A stretch of DNA of 64,000 nt, taken from positions 49,910,001 to 49,974,000 of the forward strand of contig OZ286468.1 in NCBI GenBank assembly GCA_965644265.1, given 5' to 3'. Below are positions 24,096 through 38,800 of the stretch, in pieces. The notes beneath the pieces were generated by a model that worked only from the letters and a program-made list of their open reading frames with translations, was not told the DNA's origin and did not search any database. The DNA is from Glycera tridactyla (Eukaryota). Position 1 is the first letter of the stretch. The number at the start of each line of letters is the position of its first letter. A program made the translations under genes and the position numbers.

Positions 24096-24437
24096 CTTGC
24101 CGTAATGCCTTCCCGATGGCTCTTGTCGAAATGCCTTCCCGGTGGCTATTCCTTCCGATGATCAACCGTCCTTGTAGTGGTCATTGCAAGTAATGCGGGA
24201 GTCAATGCATATATAACTATCCTAAACTGACTACTCACTGAGTAGCACCAGCAGCAATGCAACCTGTCTCACTATTTGACCCCAATCATGCTGATCTGAT
24301 GTGTGGACGCACATTGACAGTCCGCCCTCATCTACGCTCACTTGTGACACACATACATATACATTGACACAATGATCAGTTTCACGGCTGCGCTGTCTAT
24401 TCACCGACTCAATCCCACAAAGACCGCGCGGACTCAC

Positions 24438-24600
24438 CTATTTATATCACACGACCCAATTTTACCTTGCGAAATTAAATGCATTGTTGTTACAGGCATT
24501 GCACTCGTAATAATAGAACTTTCGTAGGCACTTCAACCGTGATATATTTCATAACCAGCGTTCGCTCTCGGCTGCACCACTGCGTCAAATGACCCAATAT
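24438..24600 (-). promoter_or_regulatory. Candidate non-coding first exon/promoter of the MFS gene
   Basis: Strong donor tag|gtgagt at 24438 in a locally CpG-richer stretch upstream of the ATG exon; the 5' limit is a guess. Confidence 0.4.
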
Positions 24601-27600
24601 CAGTCAGGCCAGTAGGAATGATAAGAACTATGAAAGAAACTTTATTTCAATAGAGCACAAGACCACTAGAATGAAATGTTGCTGGCGTACAAGCAATTTA
24701 TTTCCGGCACCAGAGCAAGTGTTCCCTGTTTCAAGCGTGTTGTCCCTAATTTTGAAATAAGATGGGACAAATGTCCCCAAATAGGCAGGAACCAGGGCGA
24801 ACATTGTCACAACATTGCCTTAACTTAATAGTTCGATTCATATTTCAACTTTTGAATGATCCCACCAATGCCCATTGCATGGGCAACCAATCAAGCTACT
24901 GTCGAGGTGTCTTGATTCGATTGATTGATTGATGTTCAACGGCATGTATCAACCCAGAGGATTATGTATGCCGTGTGTTCCTGGCCAACGAAAGCTAGTA
25001 AGTTCTCTCCCCTGCAGACATCACTCTCACAAACCCTGAACACCAGATGATGGGATTCTAAAAAGCTGTCAAGTGGGTGCAGCTGACAGTTCAAACACGC
25101 CACTACGTACTCAATATGAATAGACAGAACCTCATGATGGCATATCTGACTATGTGGCTGACAAGGAGCTGGCACTCAAGCCGTATAACAATGCTTTATT
25201 TTTTAGCCAAGCGCAGAACTGGAAACAACGAAAAGCACTAGATCAGGAGAATGATTTGATGAAGGATAAACCTAGCGACCTTCAGCTGACCTCCCAGCAT
25301 GACCTCCCTAATAAACAGCATGATATAATTGACATGACCGCACATAACCAGGTCTGACCTCCAGCTAGTAGAACTAGCAATTGATTCTTTCAGTGGGCGG
25401 TCACCGAAAATCCATCAATCACTCCATGTGATGAATCGTTGAATAACTACATGAACTATCCGGGCATAACTCCAGCAATGTGTCCTTCACTTACATTTTG
25501 GGAAGTCTGCAGTGTCTCGTTGTTATTCGAAATTCTTAGGTAACATCACAGCACTCAGAAATAATCGGGAACTTCACTCATAAAAGAGATCCATAGAAAC
25601 TTGATAATAGCTCGTAATAGATGATCGGATGCCAGAAAAGTAGGACTAGCTGACTGGCAGTTCAGACACGCCACTACCAGTATGAAAATACAGATGGACC
25701 TATATAGCTGGCATCCCTAACTTTGTAGCTGGCTTAAAGATGACACCCAAGTCTGATAGTGATGTCTATATTCAAAGCGAAAAATATCGAACAGGAAATG
25801 CAAGAGGTTCGGGGATAACTTAACCAATGTGTTCAATCACGAACCTACACTAAATGTGATATACGTCCTTGCTTTAATCGTGAGCAATCAATTTCAAACC
25901 AACCGTCTTTCCAATAATATATAACAAAATTCCGAATGAGGTGATTTAGTTTAGTTTAGTTTTGTTGGGGGTTTAACGTCACGTCAGCTCCATCTGGGCT
26001 ATATTGTGACGCCCATGCAATGATCTATGATGTATTATATTGTACTATATACCTTTGTTGAGTCAAATTTTCTTTCTTCTCGATTCCTTTCATACAATAA
26101 CTTCAGTAGAAGCAGTATTTTCAGCATACATGAACATATCAAACAGAATCGCAATAGCAATATTACCCTCACTTTCCATTGTATATAGCAATGTCTCGTA
26201 TGGTACATCAATGTGAAGTCCCGTACTGTACCATGTCATGTCACCTTTTTTATAGTTCTTTAATGTTTTTTATTTTTGTCCTTGTTCTATTATGTATGTC
26301 TGTTTATCTGTTCAATGAAGCAATTAACACGAACTTTGCCAACTGTTTTCGTGAATAAAGAGTCATCAAATCAAATTCTACGCCCACAGTACGTTGCCCC
26401 AATATAACACTTACTGATAACCTAAATCTAAGCCATTATATCCAAGAAAACCTTCGTGCATGGTGACAATATCACATCTCTAAACTGCTTCAAAACTGAC
26501 ACACTCTTTCATTAGACAGGCATTTGGATAAATTCACCACCAAAACAAAGTGGGTTGTGCCGGTTTACTCGGAGGTGGGGCATGAAACTCGTAGGTTTTG
26601 ACACCCACGGAGAGAACCGTGTTCATTCAAAAAGGTGTTCATAAAAAATTGCCCACATACGGCATATCGCCGATAAAACAGCGATAATGCATGGAGGTTG
26701 AGTGGAATAAATCATATTTACTTGGTGATCCTGCCACATGATCCCACAAATCCCTAATCATGCAGATACTAGGGGATTATTGTGTATGAGCAATGACACT
26801 ATTTGGCGAAGCCGCTTTGGTAAGCAGCACCAAAAACGAGATGACCACTGGATTTGATTGCTTTCATTGCCCATTCGTGTACTTTCCATCATGGATATTT
26901 GTTTGACACCATTTACCACAGGGGCAGAGATCATTTCACAATGATGACATGTTCATGATAGCACTCAGCCGATGGTAATTTTGCAAACAACATATTTGAC
27001 TATGAGTGCATGAGAGAATTCGCAAGCAAATTCTCCAAAAAAGAAAAAAGAATGATCGAACACACGTGCCATAGTATCTGCAATTGCGATACAAATGTGC
27101 TATGGCGGTTGGTTGGTTGGTTGTTGGTTATCCATATATTACCAAGATGACAGCCTGATCGCATTCTAGTAATGAACTGAAGGTTGAACTTCACTTGCTG
27201 TTATGATTGTGTAAGATTGGATCATTGTCGGGAATGGTGGATCATATTTCACTTGGTCACATGTCAGGCACTTGGAACTTCTGCTAAGTGACTGAATGTT
27301 TTGGGAGAGTGAAAAGTATACATCTGGTATGACATTTTAAATTCTGCAGGCAGACACATTGATTGAGTGGAGGAGTGTTCTCGCTACGCATGCCGATTGC
27401 ATATGCCTAGCAGTATGGAAGTGTGGCTTCTTTCCTTTGGAGTGCCCAAGCTTCCATGTCGCAACATGACTATGCAGTGTAGCATGGTTGGTGGGTTCGT
27501 AGGTGTACATTTCATGAACACCACCTGGGCTATATTGAGACGCCAATGCAACGAGCATTGGTGAGATCATTTAAACTCCTTGTGAGTCCCAAACAGAAGG

Positions 27601-30218
27601 TGAAAGTTATGCGATTCACACAAATGGCTCTTTTTGTAATACAAAAATGTATCGGTTGGTCTGTGATGACATAGGTGAATATAGATGCAAACTTTAAGGT
27701 CAAAAATCAAGAATAACGATGTCAGTATTGGCAATGATCAAATGGGAGAATGTTATACGTAAAATGCCTAGATTTGGATCCAAGAGCAATCATTACCCCC
27801 AAATCATAATGGTTGGCATCTCTGGACCCATCCTGATGAGTTTATCGTTGCCGTGATAGCGACAGCCACTTTTCCAATTCCTGGACACCGCTACACTTAG
27901 GAACATGAGTTTCTACCATAACCAATCAGACCAAATTCATCTATTATTTGATGGAATCAATATTATTCAAATTGAAGGGTGTTACACGGTTATCATAGCT
28001 TGATGTGTATTCAGTGTTTGAAGTGGATTGACAAGAATTAGCACAGCTGTGCAAATAATGATGAGTGACTGCTAGACAATTCACTCAAACTTACCTGTAT
28101 CTATCTATCTGAGGTTGCATCCAGGGTTTTCAGAATTGGGGGCATATGCCAGCTAAAGTTCAAAAAGAGGCATCTATTCGCAAAATGGGTTCACTCAAAA
28201 TAGATTAAGTACAAACCTTTGACTGATTCAAGTGGCACTGTGGCCTCCGTTTGCCTCGAGATGGGGCCATCAAACAAAAAACGTGTGACCCCCATCTGCA
28301 GACGACCCTGTCTATCTATCTGTCTATTTCTGGGCGGGATCATTCAAGACTCCTTCTTCTGGGTCCCCAACAGAAGGCGAAAATTTTCAAAATTCACAGA
28401 CACAAAAGGTGTCATTTCTGTCAGTGTTTCGGGTCCGATTTTCATGATCCAAAAGTCAAATCAATCAGTATAAAATGCTCTTTTCTGTCATATGCATGAC
28501 TTTCAGTATTTGTCATTAGAAGACGGAAATCCCTGAAAGACTCACATCCCTGATTGGTTATTTGTTTTATGTCCCATGAGTACCAGCTGCGAGATAACCA
28601 TGCAATACATGGATTAGGTCATTCATCACTCCTCTTTGTGGCTTCCTAACAGGAAAGGGGGGGGGGGATGTATGGAATTCAAACCCTTACCCAAGGCAAA
28701 TCTCAACATCAGGCAAAAATGTTGAATCAACTGCATATTCTCACTGTGTTGTCCAGTTTTGTTTGTCTAAAACCCACATACTCAGTATGAAATGCCTTCT
28801 TCTAGATTGATTGGTTAAGCTTTGATGGCGTGTATCAAACCCAAAGGATTATGCATGCCGTGTGTTCCTAACGAATGAAAGCTAGATTTTCATCCCCTGC
28901 AGACATCACTTACACAATCCTTCAGCACAGGATGATGAGGAAGCTGAAAGGTTTTCAAGTGGAATTAGCTGACGATCAAAACACGCCGCTACCTACTCTT
29001 TTTCCATATGTATAGCTAGCTGCTTATGTTATGTCTTTGGGAAGGCGGGAAATCTGCTCACATGCGGGACAGTCATGTCCTTGCTCTAATATCACATTTC
29101 TTGGGAATTTCAGGGTGAATTTTGTTACCTAACATGAACAGAAGTATGCATCAAGATGCAGATTTCAGTTGATAGTGAAGTACCTCGATGACAATATCCA
29201 TCATCTAAATTCTCCAAGACAAACGATGTCCAAAGCGATCTTGATATTTATGAAGGGATATTCCTGGAGATGTCTGTTTGTTTGAGGTTTAATGGCATTG
29301 TATGCTGTGTGTTCCTGGTCGATGAAAGCCAGATGTTCTCCCCTGCAGACATCATTCTCACAAACGTTGAACACAAAATGATGGAGAAGCTGAAAGCTTG
29401 TCAAGTGGAAGTAGCTGACACTTCAGACACACCTCTTAGTCTAACTACACAATACGGAAGAGTAAACCTGACGATGGCATATCTAACTATGTAACTGGCT
29501 GGAAGCTAACACTCAAGCCTGATAGCTATGCTTTTTTACGCAAAGCGCAGTACTTGAAACAATTAAAAGAATACTTGACCAATGTCTTCAATTACGAACT
29601 GTCAACTTCAAACCAGCTTTACAATAATGGGTGCCCTAGGACAGTGAGAGGGGTGGAGGAGGGACTCTCTCAAATGTCCCATTTGTCTGGGATAACTCGG
29701 GACAAATTGCAGGGATGCGATTGGCTGACAACCAAAAAACCTGAGAACCTGACGGGAGGCAATTTTCAGCAAGATTTTGTGGAGCAGCAAACCCCATCAA
29801 CTGCTGACTGCTGACTACTGTAACTCCATGCAGACTTTGTGCTCTCGCTCCGCTAATTCTGGTCCGATTTTTATGATCTAAACGCCAAAATGATCAGCAT
29901 AAATGCTATCTCTGTCATAAGTATGATATTGTCCCGATTGCTCTGATGGGGGTCCAATGGCTGCCAGAATTTGATTTTCTGCCCGGTGTACTTATTATTG
30001 TTAGTTCACTGTGAGAATCCTCAGTCTGAAGTTTTCTTTCACGGAGTAGACTGTACATGTGTAGTATGAAACATCCAGCACTTTGTGCCTGATGAGTGAG
30101 ATATTGTCTCATAAATGATCAACAGGGATGTCATTGGCTCACAACCAAAAACCTTGTAAAACCTGACCGAGATAGATCAAACAAAGCTGCACAGGGGCAA
30201 TATACCCCGCACACAGGA

Positions 30219-30761
30219 TTGTTTTGTTTGAGGTTCAACGGCATGTATCAACCCAAAGGATTATTTATGCCGTGTGTTCCTGGTTAATGAAAGCTAAATG
30301 TTCTCTCCCCTGCAGACATCACTCTCACAAACCCTGAACACAAGATGATGGGGAACCTGAAAGGTTGTCAAGTGGAAGTAGCTGACAGTTCCAACACATC
30401 TCTACCTAATCTGAACATATACACAATAAACCTAGGATGGCATATCTAACTATATAGCTGGCTGGAAGCTAACACCAAAGCCTGATAGCAATGCACTTTT
30501 TTCTTTTGCAAAGTGCATCACCTGACACATGGAAAAGCATTAGGTTAGAATACTCAACCAAAGTGTTCAATTAAAAACTACCAACTTCAAACCAGCTTTA
30601 CAATATGGTTTGCCCTATTCTCGCAGTACGATGCCATCATACATCCTAGCAACCTAGTCATCAGCCCTAGTAACCCAGAACTGGTGTGCTTGGTACCCGC
30701 TTTTTGCAGTGACAAGATCTGCAACAGGCAAACCATTAGCTACCTACACCTGTGACCATTT
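30219..30761 (-). mobile_element. Retroposon family A copy, reverse orientation
   Basis: Reverse-complement homologue of 21980-22550 over ~550 bp. Shorter copies lie near 5640-5790, 10177-10380, 17140-17570, 19352-19490, 24915-25250, 28803-28995, 29277-29620 and 57875-57965. Confidence 0.8.
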
Positions 30762-30839
30762 GAGACCCAGAGTGTGTGCATTGAGTTGTTTGGTTGGCTA
30801 AGCAATCCTAGCTTGTCACGGTGTAAAATGTGGGAATCT

Positions 30840-31470
30840 TAAAATAGCACCTGTGATCTTGAACTTTGATCTAGGGCCATATGCACCTAAAGGGAGATGT
30901 TGCACCATTGATTGATCTTCCCAGATCAGTTTGATCTATATCCCACAATACTATTCTGACTTACTGTGTGAAATGTGAATACCTAAAAATAGCTCATGTG
31001 AACTTAATCTTTGTCCCATTAGGTTATTATTCTGTATTAGATTGCCCCAAATCCGTTAATGCTGCCCTGAGTCTTCATGTGGAATAAGATAATCTATCAA
31101 TAGCTCCTGTGACCTTGAACTTTGACCTAGGGTCACTTGCATCGAAAGAAAGATATTCAACCATCAGGTAATTATTCTGTATCAAGTTTGGTCAAAATCC
31201 ATCAATGCTAACCTGATTGATTGTATAATATAAGTCTTATATTATATAGTCTTAAAGAACATATATAAATAGCTCCTATGCCATTGACTTTTGGGCACAC
31301 AAATCAAATTTTGAAATACAATTTTCTTGAATAGCAAAGTTATGAAGATCTATGGCTATTGGACCAGCCGATCAAAAGAAATCAGATGAAATGTGGATGG
31401 ACGGATAGACAGAACGACGACGGAGGTGAAACTATAATACCTTGCTTTTTCCAAAGAGGGGTATAAACAA
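30840..31470 (+). mobile_element. HINE/pearl-like element with internal tandem repeats
   Basis: Recurring aaatagctcctgtgaccttgaactttgacctaggg block (3-4 copies), then ggacggatagacag microsatellite-like segment and a terminal hairpin-like end. Confidence 0.5.
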
Positions 31471-31575
31471 CTGGATGGAAATAGAAAGATAATCATGACC
31501 TGAAGAATATTGTGGGTCATCTGAAATAGTGAAGCTGTTTCAAGCAGAGAACAAACACGACTAACAATCAACAAA

Positions 31576-31581
31576 TTTATT
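31576..31581 (-). terminator. Candidate BRCA1 polyadenylation signal (AATAAA)
   Basis: AATAAA on the minus strand ~1.1 kb past the stop, followed by GT-rich sequence (tgattgttagtcgtgtttgtt). Confidence 0.5.
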
Positions 31582-32042
31582 TCATTACATATGGGTCATT
31601 CATAAAGGACATACAACAATTCATATCTATAACTCAAAAAATGGCTTTGCACGCCACACCCTTAAAACCAGTATTTCAGGAAGTATCCAACATGCCCAAA
31701 GATAGGAAAATTTGTATATTAAGTCCTAAAATTATCCAATTCACTACTGTAGTGGAAATGAGCAGGCAATATTTTTTTTTTGAAAATTTGAGAAATTCCA
31801 TGGACACATCCTCTCATTTTCAAAAGGTCACACTTCTGAACAGTTAGCAACATCGAGATGATCTTTTTGACAGTGAATATCTTGAATTCAGGATGTTTTC
31901 TGAAACCTGTGAAGACTACAACAGTGAAACCTGCAATGAGAGACCACCTCTACTGAGAGCAAATTCTGATGGCATTTTGGCTGGCTTCCTATCATAGGTT
32001 TCACTGCATGCTGATGGCAGGCATAAATCAGCATTCATATGA

Positions 32043-32213
32043 CAGTAAAACCTGCTTGAGTGTAAACCTGTGCTAGGCAAAATCCTGTCTTAAGCACATA
32101 CCCCACGGTCTGCCCGGATGTTTTTTCTCACTAATTGTCCTGCGCTAAGCAAAATCCTGGAAGTGGAGGAAAAATTTGGTCCCGTGACTTTTCACTTAAG
32201 ACAGGTTTTACTG
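32043..32213. mobile_element. MITE (CAGTAAAACCTG TIR) in the putative BRCA1 3' UTR
   Basis: cagtaaaacctg...caggttttactg; relative at 52621-52781. Confidence 0.8.
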
Positions 32214-32707
32214 TATGTCATGAACTTTCAGAAAATCTCACACACATCAGGGAATTGACCAAGAGGAATGAATATTTCCATAACTAACAAATGGGTACAC
32301 CAAGTCAATCGATTAGAAAACTGCAATTCTCACAAATAAAACGCCATGAACTATAAAAGTGGTACATGCATGAGAAACCACATGCATACCATAACACATA
32401 CATATCCTCATAATTCACATTATAAAAGTCAGATATACACATATCAGGTGATTGAGGAGTACTGTAAAAAGACCAGCTTTCAACATCTGAAGGCAAGAAA
32501 TCTCCTAATATAGAGACAAGATGCATTGACTACATTACAAGCCAAATGCTAATGTCCTCAGAGTACAATGCTCTATCTCAACACATATTCCCCACCTGGG
32601 TGAGGATGGTGAGGGGATTTGGCAGGCACAAGTTCAACCCACAAATGGAGAACTATATATACACGCATTATGGCAAAATTCAAATGACTATTTCGGCGAT
32701 TTCACCA

Positions 32708-32850
32708 CTATAAGAGGTAATTATGGCGCGGAGGTGTTTCCACAGACAAGTCAACCGCCCAATCAGCTACACGCTGAATCCCGTAACATCCAATGGTATC
32801 CAACAACCAGTCTTTCGCCACAACTGTCACGTTATAGGTGCGATTGATTT
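32708..32850 (-). CDS. BRCA1: BRCA1 last exon, end of BRCT2 (INRTYNVTVVAKDWLLDTIGCY...NYLL*)
   Basis: Acceptor tttgttacag, phase 1, VVxxxWLLD motif equivalent to human VVTREWVLD; TAG at 32708. Confidence 0.92.
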
Positions 32851-35800
32851 CTGTAACAAACAAACAAACAGACAAAATCAATGCCGATAATCCTACATTG
32901 GACATAACCAGACTGTCTACTGGCTAAATGGTGCTTCATGTAATAGAAATATACCCAGGGTTGCATCCAGGATTTTCTGAAATGGGGACATTGGGCCCCT
33001 TAAATTCGAGAAAAGGGGGCATTTCTCCATAGAATGTCCCAAAATGGGTTCACTTAACATGGCAAAGTGCAAACCTGTCGTTGATTCAGGGGGCATCGTG
33101 GCCCATGATTGCCTCGAAAAGGGGCCCACACAGGAAATATGTGTGAAATGCCCCCATGCCCCTCTCTGGATGCAACCCTGTATACCTGATTAATTCAGAA
33201 AAAAAAAACAAGATCCGAGGAGCAATGAGTACAAGATACATTGGAACCTGTGAAGAGAGGCACCCCCAGATATAGACCACCTCTGACGGGACACCACATT
33301 CTCAGGGCAGGTTCTCTATTTGACAATATTCCTCTGACCAGAGACTATCTCTTCAGAGACAGCAATTCGGTGAAATTTAGGGCAGTCTCTAGTTGTAGGT
33401 TTCACAGTATGGTGCAAACTCAAGTGACTCAGTTGATTTCACTCGGACAGTGTTTCAAAAATTATCAACATAACCATAACTAGAAACATAATTCTCTATC
33501 TCTTTTCGAACTTGGCGATAAGAAATATACATCAGTACCAGTAACTGTCAAGCTATGTGGAATCTATTTCAGAGAAACCTGCAACTACTTTGAAAGTGTA
33601 ATGGCTTTGATTTTAGGCAAACCAATTATCTACGGCATCTTATCATTTCTCGTCTAACATGCAAGTCACTGTCTCAAGTGGACCGACACTCCCCCCCCCC
33701 CAAAAAAAAAACCCCTGCTAACTGAAAGCTACTTTGCATTCATACAGACTCCAGGCTTTATCTCCACTGATTCTGGGCAACTTTCATGATCTTAAATGAA
33801 AAATTATCAGCACAGAATCTTCTCTTCTTCCATAGGCATGGACTGATGCCACCAGAATCACAGAACAATCAGATCTCTTTTAATTTGAAATGAATGCAAC
33901 ACTTGAGAGACATCATGGCTCCTAGCTGTCTCAAATGAGCTTAATTTGTGTAAGAGTTCATATCATACTTACTACGCAATGTTAAGATATCCTTGTTATC
34001 ATCTTCCTCCACAAGAACAATTGGTCTCTGACTTGGATCGAACGAGAAGAGGGACGGTTCTTGAATGATGCTCGCACCACACATCTGCACAAGACCATGA
34101 ATCTCATCTGCAAACAATCATCGAAATGTAAAATAAAAGGATATCGCATCTATGTAAAGAGCAACCCCCCCCCCCCCATCAAAAAGTCTGCCATAGATGA
34201 ATAGCATCTGAAGTACAGTGAAACCTGTGATGAGACCCCTGATGAAAGACCACCTCTAATGGAAAACCACTTTTGCAGGGCAGCTTTTCTTTTTGACATA
34301 GTCAAATATATCCACGGCAGAGACCATCTATTTTGAGGAATCCGCCATTTCTATCATGGAAATGATCAATGATCTAGATCTATATTCATGAAAGTAAGAA
34401 TGCTTTCAAAGATATTGCAGTGAAATGATTCAGACATCTGACAACACCCCAAATTAAAGACTCACCAGAGATATTCAAAGAGAATTATTCATGTCTCAGC
34501 AAACTGCATGCGGCCAGCACAGGAGAGTCTTATCCCCACAGAACAGACTGTAATCAGTGATTTTAATGACAAAAACTTGTATCAACTGGGCACATTCCCA
34601 AATTATCTTTGACCACTAGTTTGGTTATTGTACCAAGGACAGTCTAGGAATGTCCTGGCTTGACTGACATTTTGATTCTTACCTTTCTTGAGATCATTGA
34701 ACTGTCCAAAGCAGCATATCTCGTAGCCAGCAAGGAGCGGTGTGGCAGCAGTTCTTGACCGGCGTGGAGCATCATATTTGCCCTTCACTGAGTCACCAGC
34801 CATCTCATAGTCCTCCTGATACATGAACAGTATTAAATATATTCATTATTGATGACATGATCAACACATTTTACATGTGCCAACTGAACTAAAGTGAGTC
34901 AACTGACCCTTCACTCGCAACCAAAACTTCCATTTCTTTCATATTACCAGAGCTCAACATTTTTTTCTTCAGCTGTCAGGCATGTGAAGTGGGATTTTCA
35001 TCTGCCCTTCTAAAATTGTCATCATTGGGCAGGAAAACAAATATTCAAAAGTTACCTACACTGATATGTGATCCGCATATTTGTGCCAGTTGGGCAGGTC
35101 TTTGCATAATGTCCTGATTAAGATTTGCTTTTTCTTGACAAGCGTGTTCTAGAGCTCTCGATATTTGAGTTCTAACTGAATCAAGCATTACATCATGGAA
35201 GCAATATTTATATTTGCATTATGAAAAAATAAAATGAGCAAAATTTAGATGTCCCCTCCCCCCAAGAAAAAAATGTTGAAGGAATCCAAATTGATGCTGA
35301 TTCACGAATGCACAGAAGCTCAAAAATGATATCTATTTCAGTAAGTAAGTAGCTATTTTGCCACATTGGAAATTGATAAACCAAAGAGAAAAGGAACGTT
35401 CATTTGTTTGCTTTTCACAGATGTGCCAAAGTCACCATATATTCCCTGGTGTGGCTGGCAAGGTTTAAATCACTGAGCAATTCACCTCATATTGTTCTGG
35501 GGTTGATCTTTTTGACTCATTATTACTGTACTGAATATGATTATTCATCCTGTAGTTTCCTCTATACTCACCTCTGGAAATCATTCAGTTACCCGATGGC
35601 CTCAATTAGTTTTATTCACATAACACTGAGCAACATATAATTTTCATGTGGTCATTGGTCTCTGGGATAAAGGAACTGCGGCTTCAGAAAAACAGGTCAA
35701 GTAATCATAGCTGCAATGCTAGCCCAAGAGATGAAGAGATGATGATTTGATTCCAAGATGATTCTATCTTGAAATCCTGCCACTCACCTCGGGGAAGATC

Positions 35801-38800
35801 TGTCCTTTCTTGAGGCAGTCGAGAATCCATTGAAAGCTGATGAGCCAACACTTCCCAGCAACAGCCTGGAAGTACTTCAAGGTACGAGAACACACCGAAG
35901 GATCACCAAAGTCTGGGTCTGAAATTGAAATGGCTCAGGGTAATTGTAGCTCATGAAAAGATTCTGATGCTAAGATTCCAAGATACCACTGATATCAAAG
36001 AAGCAGGGTATGGGTTGAGTGTAGGGACAATAATATGTGAGCTCAACAAGTAAAAGTAGGGATTCCTGTAATGAAATGTTTCTAGAATGCAAGAAGCTTG
36101 CATCACATACAAACTGCAGCAAACAAATGAGACAGAAAAATACCTATTTTTTGTAAAGTTAAAACTGGATTTGAAGGGAGCTTCTGGCTAGAAGCTTTGA
36201 AAATGAAAGGATTTGTGATACTATAAAGATGGACATAGAACCTCATTCATTGTCGACCCATCAAAGAAAATTGATAATATGATGAAATTCCTCCCAACAC
36301 CTTACAAACACAAAAGCTTGGTTCACTAACAGCATGTATTATCTGGACACCCACTGGGTTCTTTGTGTGCTACATATTCTCTTACCTGGTGGGACGATAA
36401 CATGAGTTATGCTTGGGTTGAAGCGTGGTACGACTCGACAACCAAGCATCTCCGCGAACTGAGCAACTCGAACCTGAAATGAAAATGATGTATTATGATA
36501 GCAAAGTTCTTCGCTGGCATGTAGGAATATGCATGAAGCAATCTTGAAAAGCATGTATCCAACAATATGTCCTAAGCAGCCATTGTATCAAGCAGCCACC
36601 TGCCTTAAGCAGCCACTTTTGGATATCCAGATGGGAGTTTTTTCTCACTATAATTCACCAGTCCTCAGCAGGCCACTTTTTGCCCTCCCAAGGGTGGTTG
36701 CTCAGGACGGGTTTGACTGTATTTGTTAAATGATGCTGATTTTCTCACTCTTGAGATTTCCCTCACATGAATGAAGATAAAACCTGGATATCATTGAGGG
36801 CAACTTCATCAGATATTAAGTTTCAGTATCACTGTATCACACTTCATGAAAATACCTATGGGCATGAGAGATTCAACATATATATATATAAGCATACAAT
36901 TTTGATTTTCACACCAAAATATGAATTGAAAAGAAGAGAGCTGATGTACACATGAGACTGACTCTTAACAAATGGGGAATGATGATGACAATAATCAACC
37001 TCACAGATCCTAATTACTCACGAAATGCCCGAAATACAGTTAAAAAAGTAAATAGATAGTGCCTAAAGTACATATGTAGACTTTAATTGCATGTGTGTTG
37101 ATTGTTTTTGAGAGGACCATGACATTTTTGCCATGACCATGATGAGTCAGATGAGTTCCCAACTTCTCCTGATATTATTGATTGCAAAAACTACTGGAAA
37201 CAAGAAGTGCACCTCACCTTCACTTTCCCGGATTTGATCCCAGACGTTGTGAACAACCAATTTGGACGTTTCGGGAAGTCTATATCACTGCAGATGCTCG
37301 GAGATGAAAACGGCGTTGCGGGTGATGATAACGTTTTCTGCATTTGCGGTGTTTTTTGTAGTTGAAATGTCCTCTGCTGTTGAGGTGTGGTGTTCATTTC
37401 TTGCAGGACTGACCCAGCTAGACGAGATTCCCTGATTGGAGTGTGCGCCATATTAGGCGAGACCCTGCTGAACAATCATCGAAACATAATTCATCAAACA
37501 AGATTATAGATTTCAAATTCATCGATGAAGTTTTGTAGTACCAAAATTTGATGGAAAAACCCACCTCAATACTAACTTTTCAATCAAACACGTAATATAA
37601 ATACAGTCGAACCCCCTCTAAAGACCACCTCTCTATAAAAACCACCTCTCTATAAAGACCGCCCAGAACTGCGACCGTGGTAGTACTTTCAAAAGTAAAT
37701 GACCTCTCTATAAAGACCACCTCCCTATAAAGGCCATGTTTTGATGCAACCGAAGGTGGTCTTTATAGGGAGGTTCGACTGTACAAGAAAACCACTTTGA
37801 AAGGATCCTGCCATGTGTTCTTTTAACTGCTTCGGCTGAATATAAGAGATATATCCTGGACTAGATAATTTCCTTGTACAGTGAAACCTGCAACGGGAGA
37901 CCCCCTGATGAGACCACCCTCAATGAGAGACCGCTTCTGCAGAGCAGCATTTCTATTCGACATAGTCAAATATACCTCCAACGAGAGATCACCTCTTTTT
38001 AGAGACCACTTTTTGGTGACATTTAGGGAGGTCTCTTGTCACGATATTCACTGTATGAAGTTCTGTTTTGTCGAGAATTGCCCCCGGAGTTGAACACCAG
38101 CTTTTAGCCGTTCACAAATTCAGGTAAGTTGTGAGTATATTAATAAATTCTAAGGAATGTATGCAGAGGTGTGTATGAACTGCCATAACTTCTGTCTAAA
38201 GTGTACCACGTGAAGATGTGCAGTCTCTGGTTTCTCACTCTCAAGTGAAATACTTGTTACGCAAGATGCGGTATATAACAAATTTACTCACCTTTTAGCC
38301 TTATTCAATGCAGCATTGCCAATGATCCGTGAGCTGTCAACAGATGATGTAGAGCTCATAGGATGCGTGCCTGGCTCAGTTTTAATTTGTGGTGCACCAC
38401 TCTCTCCAGTTGAACTACTTGAGCTTGTATGGGTCTCAGTACCAGTCTGTGTCCTCGATAATGGCGAGTCTCTATTCATCTGGGAGCTACTGACAGCTTT
38501 AGCTTTACCCAAATGTAAAAACTCCAACCGTGGCGTCCTGCAACTGGCTAGACTTGGATCCTCTGGATTTGCAGCTCTAGGTGGTGAACTTTCATCGATA
38601 TTTGGTGGTGTTTCCATTCTGATAGGTGGTGGGATGCGTTTTGGGGTGGTTTGTGGAAGCAGGTCTGGTGTTGGAACTGTTGGTGAAGTTTCTTTCGATC
38701 TTGGTCTCCTCGGTGCGATATCAATTGATGGTAATACTTCTTCAGGGGGTTCGCTCTCCACTTCAAATGGTGGAATTTTTTCACTGTTACTACTATCTAG

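Noticed and set aside
23896-24105. Plus-strand 69-aa Ser/Gly-rich ORF
   Set aside because: Antisense of the NPF exon; the minus frame has the ATG, donor and recognisable motifs.
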